A stretch of 64,000 nt of DNA. Source: Octopus vulgaris. Taxonomy: Eukaryota. The DNA is taken from contig OX597819.1 in the NCBI GenBank assembly GCA_951406725.2, positions 61,752,001 through 61,816,000 of the forward strand, given 5' to 3'. Position numbers and translations under genes: made by a program. The notes under the pieces are model-generated. The model was not told the origin of the DNA, made no database searches, and saw only the letters and a list, made by a program, of their open reading frames with translations. Shown here in pieces: positions 51,379-63,916 of this stretch. Every line of letters begins with the position of its first letter. Within the stretch, counting starts at the first letter, position 1.

Positions 51379-53394
51379 AAGATTGGCACCTGTAAATCTT
51401 AGCTTACCATAAGAATATTTTTTGTTTTTGCTATTATTCTGTATTACAGAAGATATCTATAGATTTTAGGAAACATTGTACATATGTGTATTATATGTAT
51501 ATAATCAAAAATATATATAAACTGTTTGTGTCTCCTTGTCTTAACATATGATAGTTGTAAATGAGTATCACTGTTACACACGCAGTGCCATTCATTTCCA
51601 ATATTCTGCAAAAACATGCCTTGGCATGGAGGAATGATACCTTGCTTGGAAACAGCTGAGGGCTGGTGATAGGAAGGGTATCTGGTCATTGAAAATCTGC
51701 CTCGTCAAACTCATACCTACCCTGGTGATGTGCATAGGTTTGTGTCCATATATTTGTTGGTGTCCTTTCATATTATGATGTGAAATGATATCAAATTAGT
51801 TTGATTTAAAATTTGCTTTTCAAATTTCTTTTCTGTATTTAAATATTTATAGGTGGCACCATCTAAAAAGCCAGCATAGTAAATAGTTAAATAAAATAGT
51901 TGGGTGTTCAGAAGGGCCTCGAGCCATAGAAACCATGCCAAAACAAATAGCTAGAGCCTGGTGTTGCTTTTCTGCTTGCCAGTTCCTGTTAAACCATCCA
52001 GTCCATACTAGCATGGAAAATGGACATTAAATAATGATGTAATTATAAATTTCAAGAAATCTGCATTTGTATCATCTCACATTAGAATCAACTCCCCCCA
52101 CACATAACACACACACTTTTTCTTTCTTTATCTTGAAGCTGCTTGTTATATGCAATACAGTACAGCCATCCCTCATTCGTGGCTTGGTAATATGCACCAT
52201 GCCATTACTAATTGTCACAGACATCTGTGTACACATGAGCTGACTTACTAAGACACCCTCTTGATTCTTTCAACCTTGGTCCAGCAGAACATCCATGATG
52301 TGACAGCATAAGAGAGAGCTGTACCAGGACCTGAATAGGACTCATTAAAATTGGAGCAGTGAGCAAGGAAATGCCTTGCACTGCACACCACCTAGCCTAG
52401 AAATTGAACCCACAACTTTATGATCATGAGCTGAATGCTCCTAACCACTAGGCTGCCCACACAATTTCTCAGATCATACAAGTGCTTAAATTAATTACTG
52501 CTGATGCTGAGGTTCATTAAAAATAGGGAAAATACCAAAAAAAAAAAATGTTCAAAGCTGGTTTTATGCAGTGACCGGATGTTAGTTACAATTTGTTTTG
52601 TAAGAAGCATCAAGGCCAAAATTAATCTTTTTTATTTTTTTTTTTTTAATTATCAAAAGCCAACTTTTGATAATTAAATACTGCTCTACAGAATGTACTC
52701 AATCTCCTCTCATATCCTTTTTCTCTTGAGCTCATTGTTGCTTTTCTATCTCATTCTCTCCACCCCCGCCCCACCCCTAGATATCTTAGAATGTCTCAGT
52801 TTCTAGTTCTACCCCCACCATCTCTACTAGTACCCCACCACCACCACCATCATCGTGTATGTATATATTAATTGTAAATCTCCATCTTACCCAGGTAAGC
52901 CACCACTACTAACCGGCTTGTTAGTCACTCTAGCTACCTTACTGCTACTATCTGGTTACCTCCACTACAAAATAAATACTGCCACTAACTTCCATCTTTC
53001 CCCTTATATGGCTCACATATTTGCTTGATACTACTACTGCTAGGAACCCCCACACACACACACACACACGCAAACACTCCACACACACACACACACATTC
53101 ACACACCTGAGCCAGTTTTATTTGTTTTTGTTTATTTACCACTATCCGCCATTTTTCTGTCTCATCTGGTTTGCTTGGCACCCTAGACAGCTGGTTCTCA
53201 TTCTCACCAAGCTTCCTTGCTCCTCTCCTCTCCTCTTTTGACGAGGCCCAGCTTCTTACAATCAGCTGACTGCTTACTTTTCTGCCAGCATCTTATCCTT
53301 GGAAGGTCCCTGAAAGTGATACTAGCTGTAATTCTGAGTCTGAAAATTATCTAGTAACCATATCTGTTCTCTGAGGTGTTTCTTATTGAACTCG

Positions 53395-53444
53395 CTCACT
53401 CACCCTTCCTCCGCTCCCCTCTCTCATTCTCTCACCTTTCTCTC

Positions 53445-53505
<61 letters not shown>

Positions 53506-53708
53506 TCTCTCTCATTCTCTCACCTCTCTTTCTCATTATCTCTCACCTTCTCTCTCTCTCATTCTCTCACCTCTCTTTCTCATTCTCTCTCACCTCTCTT
53601 TCTCTCTCACTTCTTTCTCTCATTCTCTCAATGCTCATTCCCTCACACCTCTCTTTCTCTCTCACGTCTTTCTCACATTCTCTCTTTCTCCCTCTCTCTC
53701 TCTCTCTT
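53395..53708. repeat. ~310-bp polypyrimidine (CT)n tract with a degenerate TCTCTCATTCTCTCACCT unit
   Basis: Directly visible; almost no G on the plus strand. Confidence 0.95.
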
Positions 53709-53934
53709 GTTTGGTGTAGATGGAGTGGGTAACTGAATTGTACCCCACTCACTAAGCAAGCTGAAGAGGGCTCAATGCCTGCACCACCTATACTTAATTA
53801 GTGTGTGTACCATTGGGATTAAATTCTGGTTTTCATATTCCCTTTTTCTTTAGCTACTTCTGTGTCCTTTTGGTTCAAGAGCTTCTAAAAATAATGATAT
53901 TGATAATAACGATGATGATAATGATGATAATGAC

Positions 53935-54123
53935 TGTTTCTAATTTTGGCCTAAGGCCAGCAATTTTGAAGGAGATAGAGTTGATTACATCGACCACAGT
54001 CCTCAATTTGTCCCTAAGGTTAAAGTCACCCTTGACGGCATTTGAACTCGAAATGCAGAGCCAGAAAAAATGCTGCCTAGCATTTTGTCCATTGTGGTAA
54101 CAATTCTACCAGCTTGCCACTTA

Positions 54124-54154
<31 letters not shown>

Positions 54155-54362
54155 GTCCTTTCTGTTATAGGCACAAGGCTTGAAATTTTGGGGAAGGGGA
54201 CTAGTTGATTACATTGACCCCAGTAATCGACTGGTCCTTAATTTCTTGACCCTGAAAGGATGAAAGGCAAAGTCAACCTCAGCGGAATTTGAAGTCAGAT
54301 CATAGTGATGAGTGAAATACCGCTAAGCATTTCGTCCAGCATTCTGCCAGCTCTGCTGCCTC
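53935..54362 (-). mobile_element. Two tandem family M SINEs separated and flanked by (AAT)n
   Basis: Reverse complement of the 40615-40832 sequence at ~53935-54122 and ~54157-54362. Confidence 0.75.
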
Positions 54363-57300
54363 GCTAATAATAATAATAATAATAATGATAATAATAATAA
54401 TGATGATGATAACCTAAATAATGATCTGATTATACTGAAGGAGAAAATATCTGTATGCTACCCTCCATTTAACACCAAATGTGACCTTTGTTGAAAGGCC
54501 ATCATTGCAAAAGAAAGAAAAAAAATATTCATATAAAAATTACTTGAGTACATAACAGTTTGTCCAAATCTATTTTTCACATCATTTGTAAGAGTTGATG
54601 AAAAACAGGATTGTTGTTAGCATTCTTCAGCATTCTTCTCTGTTTATGCTGTACCTAAAGGCAAGTGGTGAAAAAGAATAATAATAAAAAGCATAAGTAA
54701 AAACTAAACTATTAAGCTTTCTTTTCTTTCTATGTATAGTTAGTCCTCTACTGCAATGTTCTTAAAACAAATATTCTGTTATGAATTTATATTTGGAGTC
54801 CAAAAAATGACTGTAGAAATATCAAGAATTATTACTTCAAACTGAAATTTAAGAATGCACACACACACACACACACACACGTTTCCATTTCAATTCCTTT
54901 ATTTTTTTCTCTTTCCTGTTTTCTTAGATATAAAATATATGTTGCTTTCAATTTATATAATATTCTCCTGCTTTCTTTCACTCCTACTTGAAAAATGTAA
55001 AATCTCAAGTTCTTGAATTTATCAGTATTATTAGCTTTAACTCAAAATATATGAATTAGAAAATTATTTAAACTATGGCTTCTTGGTTACATTTTTATAG
55101 TTAGACTTATTAAATACATCAAGTTTAAAGTTGTAAGTATGTTAGCTTAAATTGTTTCTGTGAAATCTTGAACTTAACGGTAGAATGAAAGAGTTTTGTT
55201 TGCTTTTAATATCACTTTTAGTTTTATATGAATGGAATACATTTCCAAACATTTGCATGTATCCACTAACACACACACAGCTATTAAGGCAACCACTCTT
55301 GAATTTCCGATACATTAACATCTCCAAAGCTAAATTATAAGATGCTTCAAAAACCTAATTAGATGGATAGAAGTTCCTCTGTTATATCTATACTTTGATA
55401 TTTGTGATCTAATGAAGGTTAGATGTAGTTAAAATAGATGCATGGTTGTGTGTTTAAGATGACCACTTCCCAGTCGAGTGGTTTCAGGTTCAATTCCACT
55501 GCTTGGCACATTGGACAAGTTAATTGCTGGCAAGAACACCATATTTCATTTTATAACCATTATATCCTACTAAGTATATTAAAGCTATATAAGTCTATAT
55601 TGTGCCCTACTCTCTGTGTAGTGCGATTGAATCACTTTTAAGTTACCTCTACAGACTTTTCTGTAGGATTTAGAGCCAGTACTGAAAGTCCCTGCCATTT
55701 TGTCACATTCTTTACAATGATGTATTTGTATACAAAACATAACTTTCAGAAAAATATGTAGAGGTAACTTAAAATTGATTCTATTATAAGCCTTAAATTG
55801 ACCAAAGCTTTTTGAGTGTATTTGGGCGATGGAAACTGAAAGAAGCCTGTTGTATACCTATTATGTATGTATGTATTATTCTTCCGTCATGTATAACAAA
55901 CCCAGTACACTCTGTAAAATTGTTGGTATTAGGAAGGACATCCAGCCATAGAAACTATGTCAAAACAGACAATGAAGCCTGGTGTGGCTCCTAGCTTTGC
56001 CAGTTCCTGTCAAACTGTTCGACCCATGCCAACATGGAAAACAGACATTAGATGATGATGATGATGATTGTGTTTCTTTGAAAATAAGCCAGAATCCATC
56101 TTCCGCTTTGATGACAATGTTTATGGATTTATGGTTTGTAAGATGTGCTTAGTGATTGGTTATTTCTTTGTTTATTCTCACAAGATAATGTAAACTTGCA
56201 CTGCTATAAGCCACCAAACAACTCAGCAATTTCACTACTTCACTGAGTCAGCTGACATCTATTTTTTAGTTGTTAGTCTATAAAATAAATGAACAGAGAC
56301 TGTTTGGTGCTTTGCTCAAGATACAACACCATTGACAGAATGTAAAATTATGAGTCATAAATCAAATGCTTATTCACTTGTTTGAGGGTAATGGATTGGC
56401 AGAATTGTTAGAGAAATGGGAAAAAAAACCTGTGGCAGTTCTTCTGGTTCACTATGTACTAAATTCAAATCTGATTAGGGTTAACTTCACCATTCACTTT
56501 TTCAGGATCAATAAACTAATGTACCAGTTAAATACTAGAGTAGATTTAATTAACTCCCTCCCCTCAAAGTTGGGCCTTGTTCCTATAACAAACAATTGTA
56601 CACATTTTCAAGTAAATACATAAATGTAATTTTAACTGTTATTAATTAACAGTTAATTTTTATCCATTCCATTTTTACAGTGAATATGTTTTCCAAAGAA
56701 TTCAATATTGTTTTTAGCTAAAGCCTGTAGGGGAGTTCATTCAGAGGGATTTGGTAGGTCAGACTTAACAAGAATATATTGAGAATTTGCTAAAATTAAT
56801 TTAACAACTGTTTACGGTCTTAATTAGATACCACCCAATCCCTTTAGCTGGTGAAGTAACTGTGTAACTTGATCTATGAATTTTAAATAAATGTAAATGA
56901 CCTTGAAACTCAGAAGATGCTTTCATATTTCAGTGAAAGCATTAAACTAAATTGTAAAATATCTTCTTTTGATAAATGTTTATATATTTATATAAAGGTT
57001 GTGTGGGTGTGGCCATGTGGTTTGTTTCCCAACCATGTGGTTACAGCTTTAGTCTCACTGTGTGGTACCTTGAGCAAGTGTATTCTTGACAAACCAAACT
57101 CTTGAGTGAATTTGATGGATGGAAACTAAAAGAACCCTGTCGTGTGTGTGTGTGTTTACATTAGAACTATTTTGAAAGATGTTTGTTGTAAGCTCTGGTG
57201 GTGTTGTCACTTCTGTCAACAAATCATTTGTTTGCTTTGTGCCTTAAAATCTGTGTGAAGTAAGAAATCTCTTACTTGGAAAACACTCTAGGGTTAGTAA

Positions 57301-57686
57301 CAGGAAGGGCAATATTTTCACAGAAGATTAGAAATGGATACTGTTTGCTTGATGGTAATGTTTGTTTACAACTATTGCACAATATCAAAACAAAGGAATC
57401 AGAGCAGGGACACACTCACACACACAACCTCATATATGACAGATTCCTTTCAATTTCCATCAACCAAATCTACTCAGAAGGCTTTGGTCTACTTGGTGCT
57501 GTAGTAGAGGGCATTTGCCAGGGTTTCCACAAAATGGGACTGAACCCAAAACCACATGGTTGGAAAGAAACTTCTTAATCACACAAATAATGCCTGTACC
57601 TTTGTCATGGTTCAGGTTGCTAATTGGTTCCGTCTTATTTTAGATTCTGCAAATCAATTTATTTTCGCAACTGATACCAAACAATA

Positions 57687-57955
57687 TGTTGTGTTTTTGA
57701 TAATTACATAAGTCTGCAACTCTACATTCAAAGTGCCAAGCATCTGTTGTGTATCATGGCATAACAAGAAACAATCTTTTGACATTGAGATGGTAGTCAC
57801 CTTAAGTTGTCCTGATCTTGTGCATGTATGCATATTGCAGGCAACACCATAACGCTAGCATAACAATGATGTCATAGACCAGGTAGATAGTTGCAGTGTG
57901 CAGATGTTGACTGGATATATTTACATACCGTTAATAGAATTCTATAACCATAACA
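57687..57955 (-). repeat. 3' LTR
   Basis: Minus strand starts TGTTATGG after a purine-rich GTGGTTGGAGCAG and ends ACACAACA. The core 57778-57927 aligns to 62173-62325 at roughly 70-75% by manual count. Confidence 0.75.
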
Positions 57956-58519
57956 CTGCTCCAACCACAAAAGGTAAATTGTCATAGTCATATCATTGTG
58001 GGTTCCAAATTTCCTTTATAATTCTACAGCTCCTACATGATGGTGTTGGACTACTCACTAAATTGCTGTAAGGATCACCAAGACTTAGTAGTGTCAGTAG
58101 TATAGGAGGTGTTGGAGTTTGTGTAGGAGTTGAAGAAATTGATGATGTTGACTTGTTAGAAATATTACTACAGGCAATCACATGATGGTGTGGAGTCTGT
58201 CTTCAGATAGGGCAGCTGGTGGGGATGATGATTAGCAGATGTGCTCACGGGAAGATTTTTATTTCAATTTGAAGCTAATTGAACTTTTTCATACTCACGT
58301 TTAATCTAGGCTGTGTTTCTACCAGCATGAATCAGATTACATGCATCTGCAGTAAATTTCCTTTACATTGTTCCTCACTGCACCGTTGGTTAATCATTGT
58401 AAAACTGGTAGACTACTTAACTAGTTTTGCCTGCCAAGTAATTTCTCTGCTGGAGATACTTTGAATGCACTAGATGATTGAGGGGAGGGGAAAAAAAGCC
58501 CTGTAACAAACTCATCAAA

Positions 58520-58910
58520 TTTTCTGGTTGAGGGACTATTAGGTTTTACCACAGATTTGATTACCCAGCACTTTCTGCTGCGTCATTAGATTTTGAATCG
58601 TCAAAAGGACTGTCAATTTTCTTGACACCAATCTGTTTAAGCAGTCCTTTAATTGAATGACTTGCGGATTCATTGTCTGATATCACTTTCATTAGAATGA
58701 CAAATGTAATGAAAATGCCAAATAGAATTTTCGTTCTGTTACTAAGCTCCTACAGCAATGGGCAAACTATGATTAACATGTTCTTAAAATTTTGTATGTC
58801 TCTCCAGTCCAATCTTCTCCAAGGTTGTGATTCAAGCAACTTATCAGTACAAAGAGTGCCTTTAAATCAGATATTAGTTCCTGTCACAAAATTTGGCCAT
58901 CAAACATAAG
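58520..58910 (-). pseudogene. Gypsy integrase remnant
   Basis: QPWEKIG..NMLIIV..KVISDN..LKQIGVKKIDSPFDDSKSNDAAES (cf. PWERIH.D..IIVD..VSDN...SP.YHPQSNG.AER). Confidence 0.8.
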
Positions 58911-59241
58911 ATTTAGTTTCTGTCAGTGTGTGTGGCAGGGGAGGGGTGGTGGTTAATGCCCAAGTATCATGAATTATAGAAAGAACTTTTGTGCAATAAG
59001 GTTCGGAAATAAATAGATTGTGTTTTATAAGGTCATTCACTACAGCCCTTTAAGAAGAATGTCCTTCAAAGTACTTTTATTCTAAAAGAGTTAAGGCCAA
59101 TCTTTTCCTGTATTTTGAGTATAAATGTTACATGTTTTAAAATGTTTTTTTTTATGTCCTCAACTGTTTCCATTGAGTCGAAATGAATTTGTCAGACGAT
59201 GCACTTGTAAAAAACGCTATGATACTCATCACAGTTATACT

Positions 59242-59560
59242 TTAGCCTATTAAGAACATCAACATGAGTAGTTTTAACAGGCAATTTTGAAAACATATTG
59301 TGGTAATATGAGGGTCCATTTGGCCAGTTGTTAAAACGTCACTTGACAACATCAAGATCTGAAAAATTGATTTGCAATCGTCTGTCATTAGTCTGAAAGA
59401 TTTCCTTAAAAGAAAATATCTCAATCTGTCAACATACCATACTGCTGCATTGATTTCATATTCAGTATTGCAATATCTCTGTGTATTATCCAGCTTATGG
59501 CTAGCACATGCCAAAAGCTTTTCCATTTTGAGATATTGTCCCTGAAGTTTTGTTGCCTTA
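59242..59560 (-). pseudogene. Gypsy RNase H remnant
   Basis: ORF-track peptide EKLLACASHKLDNTQRYCNTEYEINAAVWYVDRLRYFLLRKSFRLMTD (cf. .PIA.ASR.L...ERNYS..E.E.LA.VW....LR.FLLG..F.L.TDH). Confidence 0.85.
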
Positions 59561-59829
59561 CTTAAATATCTTTAAGTAATGACATTAGTGCCCGCTGCAG
59601 GAAGACAATCATCTATGTCATGAAAACTTTGTACAAGCAGCTGATGATAGTTTGGCAACATCAATATATTTTTTAATATCTCCTTTTGATTTAGGAACAA
59701 AAAAAAAAAAAGCAACAAACCATTAGATCTTGTCTATTAAATTATGTGACGGTTTGATCTTAGCCTTTGAAATATTCATTCTTAGGTAATTTATGGAAAA
59801 TGCATGATTAATGCATTTATTTGGCTTGA

Positions 59830-60240
59830 TCAATACAGCGGTTCCTTTCAGTTTAGCAATAACTGCAATTCCTCAATTCTTCAATATATTCTAGGTTGCT
59901 GCAATGATGAATATGTTGTTCTGATAGATAATTATGCTTTGAATTCTTTTACATACAGACTTCATACAGCATTCGAAAATAGACCTATATTTCTGAAACT
60001 CATTTATTGACCAAGTAAAGTCCATTGCTTGTATTTATTGTGTACAATCTCTTGAAGTTTTCATCCAAACCAATACTTTCTGTTTGCATATCAGTGATTA
60101 TTGTTTCAAGACAAGGAGTTCAATACAGTAAAAGTTGAAATTTTAAATTTAAACGTGCTTTGTAATTGGCACACGTTCTCTGTTTACCACTTTCCTCATT
60201 TACCCAAACAACTCTTGATGCAGCACTGAACCCTTCATAT
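59830..60240 (-). pseudogene. Gypsy reverse transcriptase remnant
   Basis: ASRVVWVNEESGKQRTCANYKARLN..IGLDENFKRLYTINTSNGLY..IFECCMKSVCKRIQSIIIYQNNIFI; the catalytic YxDD position reads YQNN (59915-59926). Confidence 0.9.
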
Positions 60241-60242
60241 GG

Positions 60243-60375
60243 TCATGGAGTTCAAATCCTTCCACAGTCAACTTTGCTTTTCATTCATTCAGGGTTGATA
60301 AAGTACCAGTCAAGTACTGGGAGAGTCAATGTAATTAGCTTGCCTCCTCCCCTCAAAATTTGCTGGACTTGAACC
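60243..60375 (+). mobile_element. Family M SINE fragment nested in the Gypsy pol
   Basis: GAGTTCAAATCC..GTCAACTTTGCTTTTCATTCATTCAGGGTTGATAAAGTACCAG. Confidence 0.75.
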
Positions 60376-60695
60376 TTGCAACAGACTAGCTTCCCATTTG
60401 AAATGAATGCTGTGATGTCAGTCACATGTACACCATGAGAATTGGGCAACCAATCTTTATGAGTCCTGGAGTTCGAGAAAAATAGTGATGTGATGTATCC
60501 TTCAGAATATTTGTACCAATTGATATAAATTTGCAAGAGTTATTGACCAATTCTATCTCTTGAGTCAAACATAACTGTTGTAGTGCTAATGTCCTCTAGC
60601 TATGGATTGTCATAGAAAGTTAGCTATTCTTTCTACTATAGGGATAAGGTGTGAAAGTTAGCTATTAATGATATCTATGCTAACTGTGAAGCCAA

Positions 60696-60762
60696 AATGA
60701 CAGATCTTGCTGAATCAGTTATCCATATGCATTTCAACTGAGTGTGCGTTCAACTTACATTC
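60696..60762 (-). pseudogene. Retropepsin (aspartic protease) remnant
   Basis: ECKLNAHSVEMHMD/(+1)TDSARSVI, cf. NG..V.M..DTGS..SVI. Confidence 0.7.
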
Positions 60763-60890
60763 ATCCAGAATAAATTATCCTTTGTTGCACAAATGATATT
60801 CAGATTTATTTCTTCATCATCGAGCTGATTCATTCATACTCTTAATATTAATGTATGGAGAGATTTAGTAGAATACACTGGTTCTGACCA

Positions 60891-60932
60891 GCATAATTTG
60901 CTGAAATGGCCCAGTTTACCACAGTTAAAGCA
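60891..60932 (-). pseudogene. Gag CCHC zinc knuckle
   Basis: Translates cleanly to CFNCGKLGHFSKLC (CX2CX4HX4C). Confidence 0.9.
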
Positions 60933-61467
60933 TTTCTTCCTATATATATAACAAAACATAAAGGGCCTTGTCTTGCAATGTTAAGATTAGCTTTACTTGG
61001 TTACTTGTTCCTTACATGAGTCATTGCTAGTAACAAGTTCTGTATTAGAACTTAGGTGTACTATTGATCTGAAAGCAAAACATTTCCTCTGACTGTCCAA
61101 GACTAACTTATCTAGATCTGAGATGGATGTAGTTCAGACAAATTCTTCGACAATGGGGAGTCATTATTTTTGTTACAGTACAACTGGTCCCATTAGTAAT
61201 AATCTATTTTATATGCTCTGCTTTTGGACCATCTTGGTTACAAAGAGTCTACATAAAGAAGCACACATATTTAGTTTTAAGATATTATTAACCTGCGCTT
61301 CTTGTTTTTGCTTTAGGCCCCCAAATTTTAACCTGTCTGAAATGATTTATTCCTTTAGGTGAAGTGTAGTTTTTCAGTAACACACTTTAAAATCTTCAAA
61401 TGAACCTTCCTGAATTGTTGCAGGATATAAGGCATCTTCCCTTTTGATGATTGCATTGACACCACAT

Positions 61468-61737
61468 TGTTTGCTCCTTCTCGAACCATGCCTGGTTTCC
61501 TTGGCGTATAGGTCCCCCACCTGGATGGGACGCCGGTCCATCGCAGGTGAGCTGCAAAATGCAGGAGGAAAGTTGTGGCGAAAGAGTCAGCAGAAGTTCG
61601 CCATTACCTTCTACTGGAGCCGCATGGAGCTTAGGTGTTTCGCTCATAAACACACACATTGCCTGGTCTGAGATTTGAACCTGCGATCTTTCAACCGCAA
61701 GTCCACTGCTCTAGCCACTAGGCCATGCGCCTCCACA
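61468..61737 (-). mobile_element. tRNA-derived SINE, family A, nested in the Gypsy gag region
   Basis: Homologous to 48301-48596; perfect 14-bp TSD CATTGACACCACAT at 61454-61467 and 61738-61751; retains many CpGs. Confidence 0.9.
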
Positions 61738-62066
61738 CATTGACACCACATAATGGCTTCTAATTTATGTACAAGGCCAGAAATTATGAGGAGAAGGAAT
61801 TAGTACCATTGACCCCAGTACTTTACTGAAACTTTGTTTTACAAATCCCAAAACATTGGAAGGCAAAGTTGAACTCAGTGTGATGCCACATGATGCAAAG
61901 AATTTTAGCTTAACCAGGATTAATATCACCTGTGAGCAATTTTGAATTAAACTGTATCATCCATGCCTCTGTTTCTTCAACATTATCAAAGTTTGTGTGT
62001 TTATTTAGATTCCAATTTGTGTTTGTAGGCTGATCACTTGAGAAGTATATTTTAGTTGCCACAAAC

Positions 62067-62352
62067 AGTTGTATTTATTGTAAATCCAGAAGCTGACAAC
62101 AGTCAGTTCAAAACTTCAAATGGTTGCTATAACTGAGTTTCGTAATTCTCCAACATTATTCAATGTCTTTCATTTGACATTGAACTGGTAATTGCCTTAA
62201 TGTAATCCTGCCTGTGTGCAAGCATGCAAAACCCATGCAGCACCACAAAATATTAGCATGACAATATCATTATTGACTATGTAGGTAGACACACTGTGCA
62301 GATGTTCACTGGATACATTTACATATAATAGTATATGCGATAAAATGTATAT
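62067..62352 (-). repeat. 5' LTR (followed on the minus strand by PBS remnant at 62050-62061)
   Basis: Homologous to 57687-57955; AATAAA near its minus-strand end; termini decayed. Confidence 0.7.
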
Positions 62353-62433
62353 CAATATTGAAATTGTGTAGAACTGTTGCATAGTTTTTGAACAAATGAC
62401 TTCTAAAATAAAAGTAGGTGTTTGTATGCATGT

Positions 62434-62475
<42 letters not shown>

Positions 62476-63327
62476 GCTATATATATATATATATGCCAGC
62501 ATAAAAGGTGGACGTTAAACGATGCATGTGTGTGAAGTAAAAACTTTTACAATAAATGAGGTTGAGATCAAAAGAAGAAAAAAAAAGCAACAGAACAACA
62601 TGGAATCTGTATCAAAACTGGATTGACAAGTATTGTAGGTTGGTGACACACAATTCAAGGAAAGAAAAACTTTAAATGGGTTGGTTGCTAACAACTTAGG
62701 CTGACAAAGCAAAATTTCAAGTAAGATGGCAGGTGAAAATGAGGCCAGTTATACTATATAACAGCCAGGAAGAAAATATTTCATTTTAAAAACAAAAACT
62801 TTTTGGGAGAGAGAGAGAGAGACATAGTGTCTATGAATTTATAACTCTAATCACAAACCATGTTTTCTGAATTTGCTTCACTCAGATTTGCTAGCAAGCA
62901 GTTTCATTCATATGGTGCAACTGAGTGATCAAAATAGAAAGGGCCCTTTCTACCTTGCCTTAATGATATGTAAATCTTCAAATTTGAATTAAAAAAACAA
63001 AAGACATTACTGTGTTTCATGGCACATAAAACATACTTTTTTTTTCAATACAATTAACTCAAAATATTGTCCTGGATCCTGGGGACAAAGTTCAGTCTAT
63101 ATTACATGTTAATGCACAAGGACTTCTTAACTAAATATTCGGGTGCATCTAATATGTTCTTGTGTCTTTTATGGCATCTAATATGGTACCCTCATGCTTT
63201 TATAGAAAAATGATAAATCAGTTTTATTTCTCACACCAATGAAATAAACATTAAATCTCTCTATTTTCTTGGCAATTTTTTTGTAACAAAGCCATCTACT
63301 AAATCAGACTACTTACTTCACCTATAA

Positions 63328-63525
63328 TAGTGATTACCAACCCTTTTTTTACATATGGAACCTTTTGATTTCCATTTTCCTTGGATGAACCTCCATAGTC
63401 ATTCAATGTTTTACAAATTTTGAAATATCTTGCATATTGTTAGTATAACAAGTTTATTCTCATAAATTTTAACAAAATCTTACTTGGATCCAAAGGGTTA
63501 TAATGGACCTCAGCCGAGAACATTG
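63328..63525. mobile_element. Probable decayed hAT (Charlie-like) MITE
   Basis: TAGTGATTACCAAC / GCCGAGAACATTG imperfect termini; flanks ACCTATAA and ACCTGGAG. Confidence 0.35.
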
Positions 63526-63692
63526 ACCTGGAGCTGAAGTCATTAAGGCATCAAACTTTGCTCCAAGTCTTATCAAATTCAAATTTAACTTTAACCCTTC
63601 TGAATCAATCAAAATAAGCTACCAGTCAGAGCACTTGGGTTGATATAATCAATTATTCCCTTCCACCAAATTCCTGGCCTTTGAAATTATTA

Positions 63693-63916
63693 TTTATATC
63701 TTTACTGCCCACAGGGGGCTAAACATGGAGGGACAGACAAAGTGATTAAGTTGATTACATCAACCCCCAGTGCATAACTGGTACTTATTTAATTGACCCT
63801 GAAAGGATAAAAGGCAAAGTCGACCTCAGCGGAATTTGAACTCAGAATGTAACAGCAGATGAAATACTGATAAGCATTTTGCCCAGCGTGCTAACGTTTC
63901 TGCCAGCTCGCTGCCT
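63693..63916 (-). mobile_element. Family M SINE (variant tail) inserted into the tail of an older plus-strand family M copy (~63530-63690)
   Basis: Reverse complement of the family M head and centre; GCCTTTGAAATTATTA duplicated at 63677-63692 and 63913-63928. Confidence 0.85.

Larger units (their letters stand above)
57687..62352 (-). mobile_element. Decayed full-architecture Ty3/Gypsy LTR retrotransposon (possibly Mag-like)
   Basis: Direct repeats at both ends, PBS-like TGGCAACTAAAA after the 5' LTR, and gag CCHC-PR-RT-RH-IN remnants in Gypsy order on the minus strand. Confidence 0.9.

Noticed and set aside
53376-53752. Leu/Ser-rich and Arg/Glu-rich ORFs
   Set aside because: Translations of the (CT)n tract; likewise the many YIYI/CVCV/THTH ORFs derive from (TA)n and (TG)n.
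57778-62325. Two homologous segments whose translations vaguely resembled a SWIM zinc-finger (ZSWIM-like) protein
   Set aside because: The resemblance needed frame mixing and stops; the segments flank gag-pol remnants as direct repeats and are better explained as LTRs.
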